Shown: piece after piece, positions 51,897 through 61,537 of the stretch
Numbering within the stretch: the first letter of the stretch is position 1
Layout of the letters: each line of letters starts with the position of its first letter
Assembly: GCA_050261575.1 (NCBI GenBank)
Contig: JBLNDL010000013.1
Coordinates: 1-64,000, forward strand
Source: Sphingomonadaceae bacterium
GTDB lineage: Bacteria; Chloroflexota; UBA6077
Length of the DNA stretch: 64,000 bases
Direction: 5' to 3'
Translations under genes and position numbers: made by a program
Notes under the pieces: model-generated
Told to the model about the DNA's origin: nothing
The model's database searches: none
What the model saw: only the letters and a program-made list of their open reading frames with translations

Positions 51897-52658
51897 ATGG
51901 CTTCGATCATTGCCATCTCCAATCAGAAGGGTGGTGTGGGCAAAACAACCACCACCGCGAACCTGGGTGCTGCGTTCTTCCAGTTGGGCTGCAAGGTTCT
52001 GCTAGTGGACATGGATCCGCAGGCCAACCTGACCACAGCCTTCGGGTTGAACGAGCAGACGGAAACCAGCATCGCGGAGGCGTTGCTGGATCGTAAGGTT
52101 CGGCTCCCCATCACGCCAGGCCCCGAGAACGGCAAGGCACGGCTGGACCTGGTGCCTTCCTCTCTTTCCCTGGCCAGCGCCGAGGCGGCGCTCATGAACA
52201 AACTGGGCAGGGAGTTGAGGCTGAGAGACCAACTCGCCGCGATAGAGACCCCCTACGACTTCATCCTGATCGACACGCCCCCCTCCCTTGGACTCCTGAC
52301 CATTAACGCCTTGGTGGCCGCCGAAAAGGTTGTGATACCCACCGAGGCGCGGCTGTTCTCCCTGCAAGGCCTTCAGATGATGCAGGATAGCATCGAGGAG
52401 ATCCTCTACCTGAACCCGAAGTTGCAGGTGGCGGGGATACTGCTGAGCAAGCTGGACCGTCGTCTCAAGGAGGAGAAGCTCGTCAGCGCCTACCTCCGGG
52501 AAAGGTGGGGTACTCAGGTATTCGAGACCGAGGTGGGGACCAACAGCAAGATACTGGAAGCCGCGTCATCCGGCACATCCGTATTCAACTACGCCGGTGC
52601 CGAGAAAGCTGCAGAGGCATATCTTTCCCTCGCCAGGGAGGTATTGGCTCGTGGCTAA
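51897..52658 (+). CDS. Orphan ParA/Soj-family ATPase
   Basis: NQKGGVGKTT, DMDPQANLT, IDTPPSLG; no parB adjacent. Confidence 0.93.
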   Translation: MASIIAISNQKGGVGKTTTTANLGAAFFQLGCKVLLVDMDPQANLTTAFGLNEQTETSIAEALLDRKVRLPITPGPENGKARLDLVPSSLSLASAEAALMNKLGRELRLRDQLAAIETPYDFILIDTPPSLGLLTINALVAAEKVVIPTEARLFSLQGLQMMQDSIEEILYLNPKLQVAGILLSKLDRRLKEEKLVSAYLRERWGTQVFETEVGTNSKILEAASSGTSVFNYAGAEKAAEAYLSLAREVLARG

Positions 52659-53958
52659 GCTGCGTGGTGGGTTTGACCCGGGGCGACTGGCGGAACCGGT
52701 CAGGAGCACTCCCGTCATTGGGAAGATCGTGTCCGAGGAGATCGAGGCCGACGCGAAAGGCTTTACCGAGATCAAGATTGTCGGCGTGGGTGGCGGTGGG
52801 AATAACGCGCTCAACCGTATGGTCGAGGCTGGCATCCGAGGTGTGGACTTCATCGCCGTCAACACTGATGCTCAGGCGCTCGACATGTCCTACGCCACTC
52901 GAAAGATCCCGATCGGTGGGAGGGCAATGAAGCGGCTTGGGGCCGGCGGCGATCCCATGGTGGGGGAGCGGGCGGCAGAGATAAGCCGGGACCAACTGGA
53001 GGAGGCGCTGGCTGGCGCCGACATGGTGTTCATCACTGCCGGCATGGGGGGCGGCACCGGAACCGGGGCCTCGCCCGTCATCGCGGAGATCGCCCGGAAG
53101 AACCGCTCGCTGACCGTTGCTGTCGTGACCATGCCCTTTACCTTCGAGGGACGCAGGCGCCGAGAGGTGGCGGAGCAGGGCTTCCAGATCCTCAAGGAGA
53201 GGGTCGACGCGATCATCAGCATTCCCAACGACCGGCTGCTGGCGATGGCCAACAGGAAGATGGGGCTGCTGGAGGCATTCCGCGCCGCCGACAACATCCT
53301 GCGCCAGGGTGTTCAAGGCATATCCGACCTGATCACGGTGACGGGACTGATAAACCTCGACTTCGCCGATGTGAAGACGATCATGACCGGAGCCGGCACC
53401 GCCTTGATGGCGATCGGCGAGGGGAAAGGGCAGGGCCGGGCTCTGCAGGCGGCGCGTGCGGCCATCGACAGCCCTCTGCTGGACATCTCCATCGATGGGG
53501 CGACTGGACTGCTGATCAACATCACCGGCGGACCGGACATGAGCCTGATGGAGGTGAGCGAGGCGGCCAGCCTTATCAGCGAGGCCGCGAGCCCCGAGGC
53601 CAACATCATCATGGGCGCTGTCATCCACCCGAAGCCCCAGTCGGAGTTGCAGGTCACCCTCATCGCTACCGGCTTCGGCGGGGCCGAGGTCCGAAAGCCC
53701 CAGGTGAAGGTGAGCGACGAGTTCGCCAGGCTGGAGATGTCCCAGGGGGAAACGGGTCGCCACGAGCCCGGCGACGTTCGAGAGCACCGGATCCTTGAGC
53801 AGCCCCGTGAACCTCTGGAGCCGTGGGTGGCAAGGGATGGTCGCGAACCGGCGGAACCATGGGAGCCTCGCGAACCTCGAGAACGGGAGCGCCGCGAGTC
53901 ACTGGGGCTGCAGGATCTGGACGTGCCGGCTTTCCTCAGGAAGAAGAAGCCCCAGTAG
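52651..53958 (+). CDS. ftsZ: FtsZ with probable N-terminal extension
   Basis: GVGGGGNN, NTDAQAL, GGGTGTG, GLINLDFADV, C-terminal DVPAFLRK; GTG behind GGAGGT overlapping the parA stop. Confidence 0.95.
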   Translation: MAKLRGGFDPGRLAEPVRSTPVIGKIVSEEIEADAKGFTEIKIVGVGGGGNNALNRMVEAGIRGVDFIAVNTDAQALDMSYATRKIPIGGRAMKRLGAGGDPMVGERAAEISRDQLEEALAGADMVFITAGMGGGTGTGASPVIAEIARKNRSLTVAVVTMPFTFEGRRRREVAEQGFQILKERVDAIISIPNDRLLAMANRKMGLLEAFRAADNILRQGVQGISDLITVTGLINLDFADVKTIMTGAGTALMAIGEGKGQGRALQAARAAIDSPLLDISIDGATGLLINITGGPDMSLMEVSEAASLISEAASPEANIIMGAVIHPKPQSELQVTLIATGFGGAEVRKPQVKVSDEFARLEMSQGETGRHEPGDVREHRILEQPREPLEPWVARDGREPAEPWEPREPRERERRESLGLQDLDVPAFLRKKKPQ

Positions 53959-53984
53959 CACCGCACCGGGAATCGACGGCAAGT

Positions 53985-54025
53985 AAGAAAAAGAGGCGGT
54001 AGCGCGACGGAGCGCTACCGCCTCT
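53985..54025 (-). terminator. Rho-independent terminator between convergent ftsZ and EF-G2 genes
   Basis: 14-bp stem AGAGGCGGTAGCGC/GCGCTACCGCCTCT with a U-tract on the minus strand. Confidence 0.85.
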
Positions 54026-54041
54026 CGTCGATTCGAAGGAG

Positions 54042-56105
54042 CTACTTCTCTTGCTCCTTTTCCTTCTTGGCCTCGGCGATGACCTGCTGCGCCACGTGAG
54101 CCGGGACTTCTTCGTAGCCCGCGAACTTCGTGGTGAACTTGCCTCGCGCTCCCGTGATGGAGCGCAGGTCCGTTGCGTAGCGGCGGACCTCCGCGTAGGG
54201 GGCCTTGGCCTGGATGGTGGTGAAGCCATCCTCCGGGGTCATCCCCAGCACCTGGGCGCGCTTCCCGTTTAGGTCGCCGATGATGTCCCCCGTGTAGGCG
54301 TCCGGCACGGTAATGGCCATCTCCACGACCGGCTCCAGCAGCACTGGCTTCGCATCCATCGCAGCCTTCTTGAAGCCCATGGAGGCCGCGATCTTGAAGG
54401 ACATTTCGTTTGAGTCCACCGGATGGTAGGAGCCGTCGTACAGAATGGCCTTGACGTCTACCATCGGGAAGCCGGCCAGGACCCCTTCCTGCATCGCCTC
54501 TCGCACGCCCTTCTCCACGGCCGGTATGAAGTTCTTGGGCACGGCGCCACCGACGATCCGGTCCTCGAAGACGAAGTCGCTGCCGCGGGGCAACGGCTCG
54601 AGCTCCAACCAGGTGTCGCCGAACATGCCGTGGCCACCGGTCTGCTTCTTGTAGCGTCCCTGGGCCTTGGCCGATGCGGTGATCGTCTCCCTGTAGGCGA
54701 CCTTCGGCTCGGCGATGTTGACGTCGACGCCGAACTTCCGCTTCATCCGCTCGACGGCGATGTCGATGTGGGATTCACCCATGCCCGACATCAGGGTGTC
54801 GCCCGTTTCGGTGTTCTTCTCGACCCGAAGGGTCGGGTCCTCCTCGGTCATGCGGGTTAGAGCCGGACCGAGCTTGTCGAGGTCGGCCTTGGTCTTGGGG
54901 GAGATGGCGGCCGAGAAGACCGGCTCGGGGAAGACGATGCCGGCCAGTTGCACCGGGTTCTCCTTGGTGGTGATGGTGTCTCCCGTCGAGGTCTCCTGCA
55001 GCTTGGCCACGGCGCCCATGTCGCCCGTAGTGACCCTGGGGACGGGATCCTGCCGCTTGCCCGTGAGCATGTAGAGCTGCCCGATCCGCTCCTCTCTGGC
55101 CCGGTTGGGGTTCCAGATGTGGGAATCGGACTGCAACGTGCCCGAGTAGACCCGGAAGTAGTTGAGCCGGCCGACGTAGGGGTCTGAGACCGTCTTCCAC
55201 ACGAGGGCGGACAGTTGGCCCTTGTCGATCAGCGCCTGAACTGGAAGCTCGCCGTCGGTGGTGCGGACGGTGACCTCCATCGGGGATGGGATGTAGTCCA
55301 CTATGGCATCCAGCAGATCGGACACGGCCTTATTGGCCAGGGCGGAGCCGCAAAGCACCGGGAAGAGGGACCTGGCCTTGACACCGCCACGGAGGACCCG
55401 CTGGAGTTCCTCGTTGGAGATCTCCTCGCCCTCCAGGTACTTGTTGATAAGCTCGTCGTCCAACTCGACGACGGTCTCGATCAGGGCGTCGCGCTGGGCC
55501 TGAGCCTCGTCTCGCAGCTCCGCAGGAATCTCCTGCGCCGGCGACTTGTCGTCCGTCTTGACGGTCATGGTCAAGAGATCGACGATCCCCTTGAAGTTCT
55601 GCTGAGAGCCGACCGGAATCTGAAGGGGAACGACACCCTTGCCGAACCTGGTGCGCAGGCTCTGCAGAACGGCGTCAAAGTTGGCGTTCTCCCGCTCCAT
55701 CTTGTTGACAAAGAAGATCCTTGGCACGCCGTTCTTCTCCGCCTCCTGCCAGGCGGTCTCGGTGCCAACCTCGAGGCCGGAGACGGCGTCCACCACAATC
55801 ACAGCCCCATCGACGACGCGCATGGCTTGGACGACCTCACCGATGAAGTCGGCGTAGCCAGGGGTATCGAGGACGTTTACCTTGTGATCTCGCCACTCGC
55901 ATGGGGCGAGGGCGGTGCTCACTGAGATGTGCCTCTTGATCTCGTCGGGATCGTAGTCGGTGGTGGTTGTACCCTCCTCCACCTTCCCCAGGCGGGTGAT
56001 GGCTCCACTCTGGAACAGCATCGCCTCGGCCAGTGAGGTCTTACCGGCACCACCATGAGAGAAGAGGCCTACGTTGCGGATCTGTTCCGCCTGGTATTCT
56101 TTCAT
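54042..56105 (-). CDS. Elongation factor G paralog (EF-G2 type)
   Basis: HGGAGKTS, RHIS, DTPGYADF, KKQTGGHG, DGSYHPVDS; not next to rpsL/rpsG/tuf. Confidence 0.93.
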   Translation of the reverse strand: MKEYQAEQIRNVGLFSHGGAGKTSLAEAMLFQSGAITRLGKVEEGTTTTDYDPDEIKRHISVSTALAPCEWRDHKVNVLDTPGYADFIGEVVQAMRVVDGAVIVVDAVSGLEVGTETAWQEAEKNGVPRIFFVNKMERENANFDAVLQSLRTRFGKGVVPLQIPVGSQQNFKGIVDLLTMTVKTDDKSPAQEIPAELRDEAQAQRDALIETVVELDDELINKYLEGEEISNEELQRVLRGGVKARSLFPVLCGSALANKAVSDLLDAIVDYIPSPMEVTVRTTDGELPVQALIDKGQLSALVWKTVSDPYVGRLNYFRVYSGTLQSDSHIWNPNRAREERIGQLYMLTGKRQDPVPRVTTGDMGAVAKLQETSTGDTITTKENPVQLAGIVFPEPVFSAAISPKTKADLDKLGPALTRMTEEDPTLRVEKNTETGDTLMSGMGESHIDIAVERMKRKFGVDVNIAEPKVAYRETITASAKAQGRYKKQTGGHGMFGDTWLELEPLPRGSDFVFEDRIVGGAVPKNFIPAVEKGVREAMQEGVLAGFPMVDVKAILYDGSYHPVDSNEMSFKIAASMGFKKAAMDAKPVLLEPVVEMAITVPDAYTGDIIGDLNGKRAQVLGMTPEDGFTTIQAKAPYAEVRRYATDLRSITGARGKFTTKFAGYEEVPAHVAQQVIAEAKKEKEQEK

Positions 56106-56280
56106 TCGGTGCTCCTTCCGCCATATCCTGGAAGGGGCGCAACCCGCCCATTCCGAGTGTCCAAAACGCAATTATACCAAACGGCGGCCCGGAGCGTTGG
56201 AGCCCGGCCGCGTTGGTCGGCCCGCCAGTCCTATGGTAAAATAACGCCTGAGCACAGGTGGGAAGGGAGGTGAGGTCGCT

Positions 56281-57045
56281 ATGTCTGGACATTCCAAATG
56301 GGCACAGATCAAGAGACAGAAGGGCGCCAACGACACCAAGCGAGGCGCTCTGTTCACGAAGCTAGGCCGCGAGATAACGGTTGCCGCGCGCGACGGCGGG
56401 GGGGATCCTAACGCCAACTTCCGCCTGCGGCTTGCGATCCAGCGGGCTCGCGAGAACAACATGCCGATGGAGAACATCGAGCGCGCGATCAAGCGTGGGA
56501 CCGGCGGAGGTGAGGGCGCCGCGCTCGAGGAGATAGTGTACGAGGGATACGGAGCCGGTGGAGCCGCTATAATGGTGGAGGCGATGACCGACAACCGCAA
56601 CCGCGCCGCAGCGGAGGTGCGGGCGGCTTTCACCCGACACGGGGGCACCCTCGGGGAGAGCGGCTGCGTATCGTGGCTGTTCGACTCGAAGGGGGTGATC
56701 TCCATCGACGCGGGCGGCAAGGACCCGGATGAGTTGGCGTTGATGGCCATCGATGCGGGTGCCGAGGACGTGAAGGTGGAGGATCGCTCCATCGAGGTAT
56801 ACACCGAACCTGCCGATCTGGAGACTGTGAGGCAGGCCCTGGAGTCGAGGAAGATCGACATCACCAATTCCGAAGTCGCCATGATCCCCAAGACGACTCT
56901 GGAACTGGATCCCAAGACCACAATGACCGTGATGAAGTTGATGGAGCGCCTGGAGGAGTTGGACGACGTCCAGAGGGTCTACTCCAACATCGAGGTCTCT
57001 GAGGCGGCCTTGGCGGAGTACTCCGAGCTTGGCGACAGGAAGTAG
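56281..57045 (+). CDS. yebC: YebC/PmpR family protein
   Basis: MSGHSKWAQIK, YEGYG, TDNRNR, DDVQRVYSN. Confidence 0.97.
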   Translation: MSGHSKWAQIKRQKGANDTKRGALFTKLGREITVAARDGGGDPNANFRLRLAIQRARENNMPMENIERAIKRGTGGGEGAALEEIVYEGYGAGGAAIMVEAMTDNRNRAAAEVRAAFTRHGGTLGESGCVSWLFDSKGVISIDAGGKDPDELALMAIDAGAEDVKVEDRSIEVYTEPADLETVRQALESRKIDITNSEVAMIPKTTLELDPKTTMTVMKLMERLEELDDVQRVYSNIEVSEAALAEYSELGDRK

Positions 57046-57544
57046 GCGTATCGTCCTCGGCGTAGACCCGGGGACCGCCATCCTGGGGTATGGCGTCGTC
57101 GCGACGACGGGTGAGACCCTGGAGGCCGTGGAGTACGGCGCGCTGACGACACCGGCCTACCTTCCTCTCACTTCCCGCCTTCTGATGCTGTTCGAAGGGC
57201 TGACCGAGATAATCGGGAGGGTTTCGCCCACCGAGGTCGCTGTCGAACAGCTCTTCTTTTCGAGGAACGTCCAGTCGGCTTTCGCCGTGGGCCAGGCCAG
57301 GGGAGTGGCCCTCTTGGCCGCCGCGCGATGCGGGCTTCCAGTCAGCGAGTACACGCCCCAGCAAGTGAAGCAGGCGGTGGCCGGGTACGGGAAGGCCACC
57401 AAGAACCAGGTGCAGAGTATGGTGCAGGTGATGCTGGCTCTGAGAGACATACCCCGGCCCGACGATGCGGCCGATGCCCTGGCGATTGCGATCTGCCACT
57501 CCAGATGGAACGAGACTCTCGGCGGGGGGAGGGTGGACCTGTGA
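57029..57544 (+). CDS. ruvC: Holliday junction resolvase RuvC
   Basis: LGVDPG, VEQLF, GQARG, DDAADALA. Confidence 0.96.
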   Translation: MATGSRRIVLGVDPGTAILGYGVVATTGETLEAVEYGALTTPAYLPLTSRLLMLFEGLTEIIGRVSPTEVAVEQLFFSRNVQSAFAVGQARGVALLAAARCGLPVSEYTPQQVKQAVAGYGKATKNQVQSMVQVMLALRDIPRPDDAADALAIAICHSRWNETLGGGRVDL

Positions 57545-58128
57545 TCGCGGGGCTTCGCGGGGTGGTGGAGGAAATTGGCGCCGATAACCTGCTGGTGAAC
57601 GTCGGGGGTGTTATCTACCGGGTCTTCACCTCTTCGGCAACCCTGTCGTCCGCCACCACGCCCGGGTCGCCGATCAACCTCCACACTCATTTCCAGTTGC
57701 GGGAGGACGTAGCCACCCTCTACGGCTTCTCCAGCCGGGCGGAACTGCAGATGTTTCAGTTGCTCCTGACTGTCGGCAGCGTGGGGCCTCGTAGCGCCCT
57801 GGCGCTGCTGTCTGCGATGTCCGTCGACGAGCTAGCGACCGCCATCGCATCCGAGGATATCGCGAGACTGAGCAGCGTCACAGGGATCGGGAAGCGGACG
57901 GCCGCCCGCATCGCGCTCGAGTTGAAGGGCAAGGTGGGGCAGATGGAGGCCGGCGGAGGGCCGATGCTTGGCTCCGGAAACAGCGGTCAGCTCGTGGCCG
58001 CGCTCACCGCCCTCGGTTACAGCAACTCCGAGGCGGCTTCCGCCGTCCGATCCATTCCGAACCTAGCGGCGCTCGAGCTGGAAGAGGCATTGCGTGAGGC
58101 GCTGCGGGTCCTCTCTTCGGGCAGGTAG
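57541..58128 (+). CDS. ruvA: Holliday junction DNA-binding protein RuvA
   Basis: MIAGLRG, LYGF, VGPRSAL, GIGKRTA, ALTALGY. Confidence 0.96.
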   Translation: MIAGLRGVVEEIGADNLLVNVGGVIYRVFTSSATLSSATTPGSPINLHTHFQLREDVATLYGFSSRAELQMFQLLLTVGSVGPRSALALLSAMSVDELATAIASEDIARLSSVTGIGKRTAARIALELKGKVGQMEAGGGPMLGSGNSGQLVAALTALGYSNSEAASAVRSIPNLAALELEEALREALRVLSSGR

Positions 58129-58289
58129 CCTCACTTTCTGGTTCGTTCTGTAGGTGGAGGACGGGCTTTGCCACGCACGCCGGCAGATCAGCAAGGCCCA
58201 CGACTCCGGATGGCACGGCTTTCCGTAGCTTGTCCGCGAGTGTCTGGTCGTGTAGAATCTTCGGCTAGCAAATGGGAGGAATCTGCGCG

Positions 58290-58871
58290 ATGGCAGACAG
58301 AGGGAAACGAAGCAAGGCCGAGATCGACGAGTTCGATGAAGCGAGGTTCCCCGAGGTAGAGGAGAGGCCCGCTGCCGTAGAGGAGGATGGTGCGGAGCCC
58401 AGGGAAGTGGCGGAGGAAGTCCGCTACTTCATCGATCCCCAATGGTACGAGGATAAGGGGATGGTGTTCAGCGCGGTTGCCCAGAGCCGGCTGTGCTACT
58501 CTTGCGCAGCGAAGCTGGGCACCTTCGTGGAGGAGCGCTACCCCGTGATCGACCCCAAGACGAAGAGGGTCACCTTCGAGAATCGACGGGTTCCCTTCGC
58601 CTCCAACCCACTCCCCATCATTCGGGACTGCTGCTCTCGGGCGCGGGACTACATAACGGCGGAAACACCGCTCCTGGAGGCCGTTTTCCGGGTGTTCCTG
58701 GCCAACGGGAATCAGCCGATGAGCATCGCGGCGGTGCGCGAGCACCTGCTGGCCTACCTTCCGGAGATGGCGGCTTTGAGGTCCGACTACCCTGTGGAGC
58801 TGTTGGAGAGGCTGGTCCGGGCCGACACGTCGTACGGGTTCAGGGAGCACAGGGTTCTCGCGACTGCGTAG
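58290..58871 (+). CDS. Hypothetical protein with Cys motifs
   Basis: GGAGG SD; YFID..WY, RLCYSC, IRDCCS, FRVFLANGNQPM. Confidence 0.8.
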   Translation: MADRGKRSKAEIDEFDEARFPEVEERPAAVEEDGAEPREVAEEVRYFIDPQWYEDKGMVFSAVAQSRLCYSCAAKLGTFVEERYPVIDPKTKRVTFENRRVPFASNPLPIIRDCCSRARDYITAETPLLEAVFRVFLANGNQPMSIAAVREHLLAYLPEMAALRSDYPVELLERLVRADTSYGFREHRVLATA

Positions 58872-58876
58872 ACGAC

Positions 58877-58926
58877 GAGGACTGAGGGCCGAGAAGAACA
58901 GACTCAGCCCCCAGTCCTCAGTCCCA
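58877..58926. repeat. Heptamer-based palindromic repeat between convergent genes
   Basis: GAGGACTGAGGGCCGAG...CTCAGCCCCCAGTCCTCAGTCC. Confidence 0.6.
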
Positions 58927-58938
58927 GGTCGTGGTAGT

Positions 58939-59805
58939 CTATAGACTCAACCCCTTCAGGTACGCCCGAAACTCGCTGCTCAGGTCGTCCCGCTTGAGGG
59001 CGAAATCCACAGTCGCCTGCAGGAACTCCAGCTTGTTGCCGGCGTCGTACCGCCGGCCTTCGAACTCCAGTGCCAGCACCTTCTGGCGCCGCATCAACGA
59101 CTTGATCGCATCGGAGAGCCAGATCTCCCCACCCTTACCCGCTGGCGTCGCTTCCAGCTCCTCGAAGATCTCGGGCGTCAAGATGTATCCCTTTACCGCG
59201 GCCAGATCGGATGGCGCCGATTCCAGAGAAGGCTTCTCCACCAGGTCCAGCACCTCGTAGACCCGATCCTCGATGGGCTTAGCGCCGATCACACCGTACT
59301 TGGGTATGCTCGCTCGCGGCACCCTCATGACCGCCATGACCGAAGTATGGTACTGCTCATACACCCGGATGAGCTGCTGCAGACACGGAACCTCGGCGTC
59401 GACCAGGTCATCGCCCCACAAAACGGCGAATGGCTCGTTGCCGATCACCTCCTTGGCGACCAGGACTGCGTGTCCGTTGCCCAGTGGCTGCTTCTGGCGG
59501 ACGTAGACGAAGTTGGCCAGCTCCGACAGCCGCTCGACCTCGTTCAGCTCCTCCAGCTTGTTCCCCAGCTTCAGCCGGTGGGCCAGCTCGAATGGATAGT
59601 CAAAGTGGTCCTCGATGGCGCGCTTGCTCTGGCCGGTGATGATGACGATCTGCTCGATGCCCGAGTCGACGGCCTCTTCGACGATGTACTGGATGACGGG
59701 CTTGTCGACGATGGGGAGCATTTCCTTGGGCTGCGCCTTAGTGGCCGGAAGGAAGCGGGTGCCAAGCCCCGCTGCGGGGATCACGGCCTTGCGAACCTTC
59801 TTCAA
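58939..59805 (-). CDS. galU: UTP--glucose-1-phosphate uridylyltransferase
   Basis: KAVIPAAGLGTRFLPATKAQPKEMLP, VEKP, GEIWLSDA. Confidence 0.97.
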   Translation of the reverse strand: MKKVRKAVIPAAGLGTRFLPATKAQPKEMLPIVDKPVIQYIVEEAVDSGIEQIVIITGQSKRAIEDHFDYPFELAHRLKLGNKLEELNEVERLSELANFVYVRQKQPLGNGHAVLVAKEVIGNEPFAVLWGDDLVDAEVPCLQQLIRVYEQYHTSVMAVMRVPRASIPKYGVIGAKPIEDRVYEVLDLVEKPSLESAPSDLAAVKGYILTPEIFEELEATPAGKGGEIWLSDAIKSLMRRQKVLALEFEGRRYDAGNKLEFLQATVDFALKRDDLSSEFRAYLKGLSL

Positions 59806-59854
59806 GTTGCGGCCTCCTTTGACACTCAGTTGTGAAGAAAGTGGTGACCTGAGT

Positions 59855-61015
59855 CTATCGAGGATCGGCCACCGAGTTGGTCACGGATTCGCCGTTGCCC
59901 TGGCCTTCCGCCACGGCCTGCCACGCCGGCTCCTCCAATCTCTGCTCCAGGTGGTGCTTCCGCTCCTCGACGGTCATTCGATAGAAGGAAACCATGGCGA
60001 CGATGACGCCAGCAACAGGAACGGCAAAGACTGCGCCCCAAGCGCCTGCCAGCTCCGCGCCAACCAGCAGGGCAACCAGCACTAGGAGAGGATGCATGCC
60101 TACGCTCTTGCTCATCACCCGTGGGGCTATCACGTTGAGCACCAACTGCTGGAGCAGGAGCAGCAGGAGGAAGACCCACCACGTCCGCTCGGGATGCACG
60201 AAGAGAGAGATGGCAACGGGCAGCACGATGGCGAGAATGGGGCCGATGAACGGGATCATCATGATCGCCGTCGCGAAGATGGCGGCCACGGCTACGTAGC
60301 TCAGGTCGGCTGCCACCATGATCGCTGCCGTGCCGGCACCGTAGACCAGTCCCTGAATCAACTGTCCGCGGATGAAGCCCCCGAAAGCTCGATGGGTGCT
60401 GTAGACGAGATAGTAGACTTCGTCCCTTCTGTCTGCCGGGACAGCGCGGAAGAGAGCGGCCATGAAGCGGCTTCCGTCCAGCATGATGTAGAACGAGATG
60501 ATCAGGAGTAGGACCAGCCTGAGCAGGAGGTTTGCGACCCCGGTGGCAAGGCCAACAGCGTTGTTGACGATCGCCGGCCCCATCGACTCCACGCGCCGTG
60601 CTGCCTCGCGGTAATCCAGCAACGTCGCGGTATCCAGGACGACGCCGTGCTCCGCGAGCCAGTATTGGAACGAGGCGATCCAGGAGAAGATGTTGGCCGC
60701 GTAGTCCGGGAGGCTGGTGCCGATCTGAGACACCTGGATGGCGACCATGGGGACGAGCAACAGGATGAGCAGGCTCAGGACGACGAGCAGGCCCAGGTAG
60801 ACGATGGCGACCGCCAGCCCGCGGTTCACGCGGGATCGAGCCTCCAGGAAGTAGGTCAGCGGCTCCAGGGCGAAGGACACAAGCCAGGCCAACACCAGCA
60901 GCAGCAGGATGTCGGCGAAACGGACGGCCAGTGCCCAGGCGAGTCCGGCGAGGTAGCTGGCGGCGATCACCACCAGGAGCACGATAAGGGCCTTCAGCCA
61001 GGGGTCTCGACTCAA
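59855..61015 (-). CDS. AI-2E family transporter
   Basis: Multi-TM, FIRGQL, IPFIGP, PRVMSKSVGMHP; start moved to TTG behind GGAG. Confidence 0.9.
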   Translation of the reverse strand: MSRDPWLKALIVLLVVIAASYLAGLAWALAVRFADILLLLVLAWLVSFALEPLTYFLEARSRVNRGLAVAIVYLGLLVVLSLLILLLVPMVAIQVSQIGTSLPDYAANIFSWIASFQYWLAEHGVVLDTATLLDYREAARRVESMGPAIVNNAVGLATGVANLLLRLVLLLIISFYIMLDGSRFMAALFRAVPADRRDEVYYLVYSTHRAFGGFIRGQLIQGLVYGAGTAAIMVAADLSYVAVAAIFATAIMMIPFIGPILAIVLPVAISLFVHPERTWWVFLLLLLLQQLVLNVIAPRVMSKSVGMHPLLVLVALLVGAELAGAWGAVFAVPVAGVIVAMVSFYRMTVEERKHHLEQRLEEPAWQAVAEGQGNGESVTNSVADPR

Positions 61016-61109
61016 GAGGAGGCGGCTCCAACTCTTATTGTGGTTACGTGGCGAGATTCTAGCACCCTCTGTAAGTGTTTTGCGAGAAGGCGCTGCTAAA
61101 AGTTGCCCC

Positions 61110-61535
61110 ATGAATACCTATCACATCCTTCTGGCAGACCCAAACCCGGTCGTACGGAAACTGCTGGCGGTGATTCTGGACGGCAGCCGGTATCGATTGA
61201 GCTTCGCCTCGAACGGAGAGGAGGCCCTGGGCATCGCCCTGGTGGATCCTCCGGACCTGGTGATTTCGGAGGTGCGGCTCGAGCGGCTGGACGGCATCGC
61301 CCTGTGCCAGCAGTTGAAGCAGCAGCCGAGGGGCAATCGTACCAAGGTTCTCATCCTCACCACTTCCACATCCGAGTGGGACATGCGGCGTGCGCGGCGC
61401 GCCGGCGCCGAATGGTACATGACCAAGCCGTTCAGCCCTGCTGTGCTCATGCGGCACGTGGAAGAAGCGGCGGAGGAGAAGGAGACCGGGAAGAGCGAGG
61501 TCCAGGGCACGCTCGTCGATCTTCAGACCAGCTAG
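61110..61535 (+). CDS. Single-domain atypical response regulator
   Basis: Receiver fold with KPF; acceptor position reads ISE instead of D. Confidence 0.85.
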   Translation: MNTYHILLADPNPVVRKLLAVILDGSRYRLSFASNGEEALGIALVDPPDLVISEVRLERLDGIALCQQLKQQPRGNRTKVLILTTSTSEWDMRRARRAGAEWYMTKPFSPAVLMRHVEEAAEEKETGKSEVQGTLVDLQTS

Positions 61536-61537
61536 TC

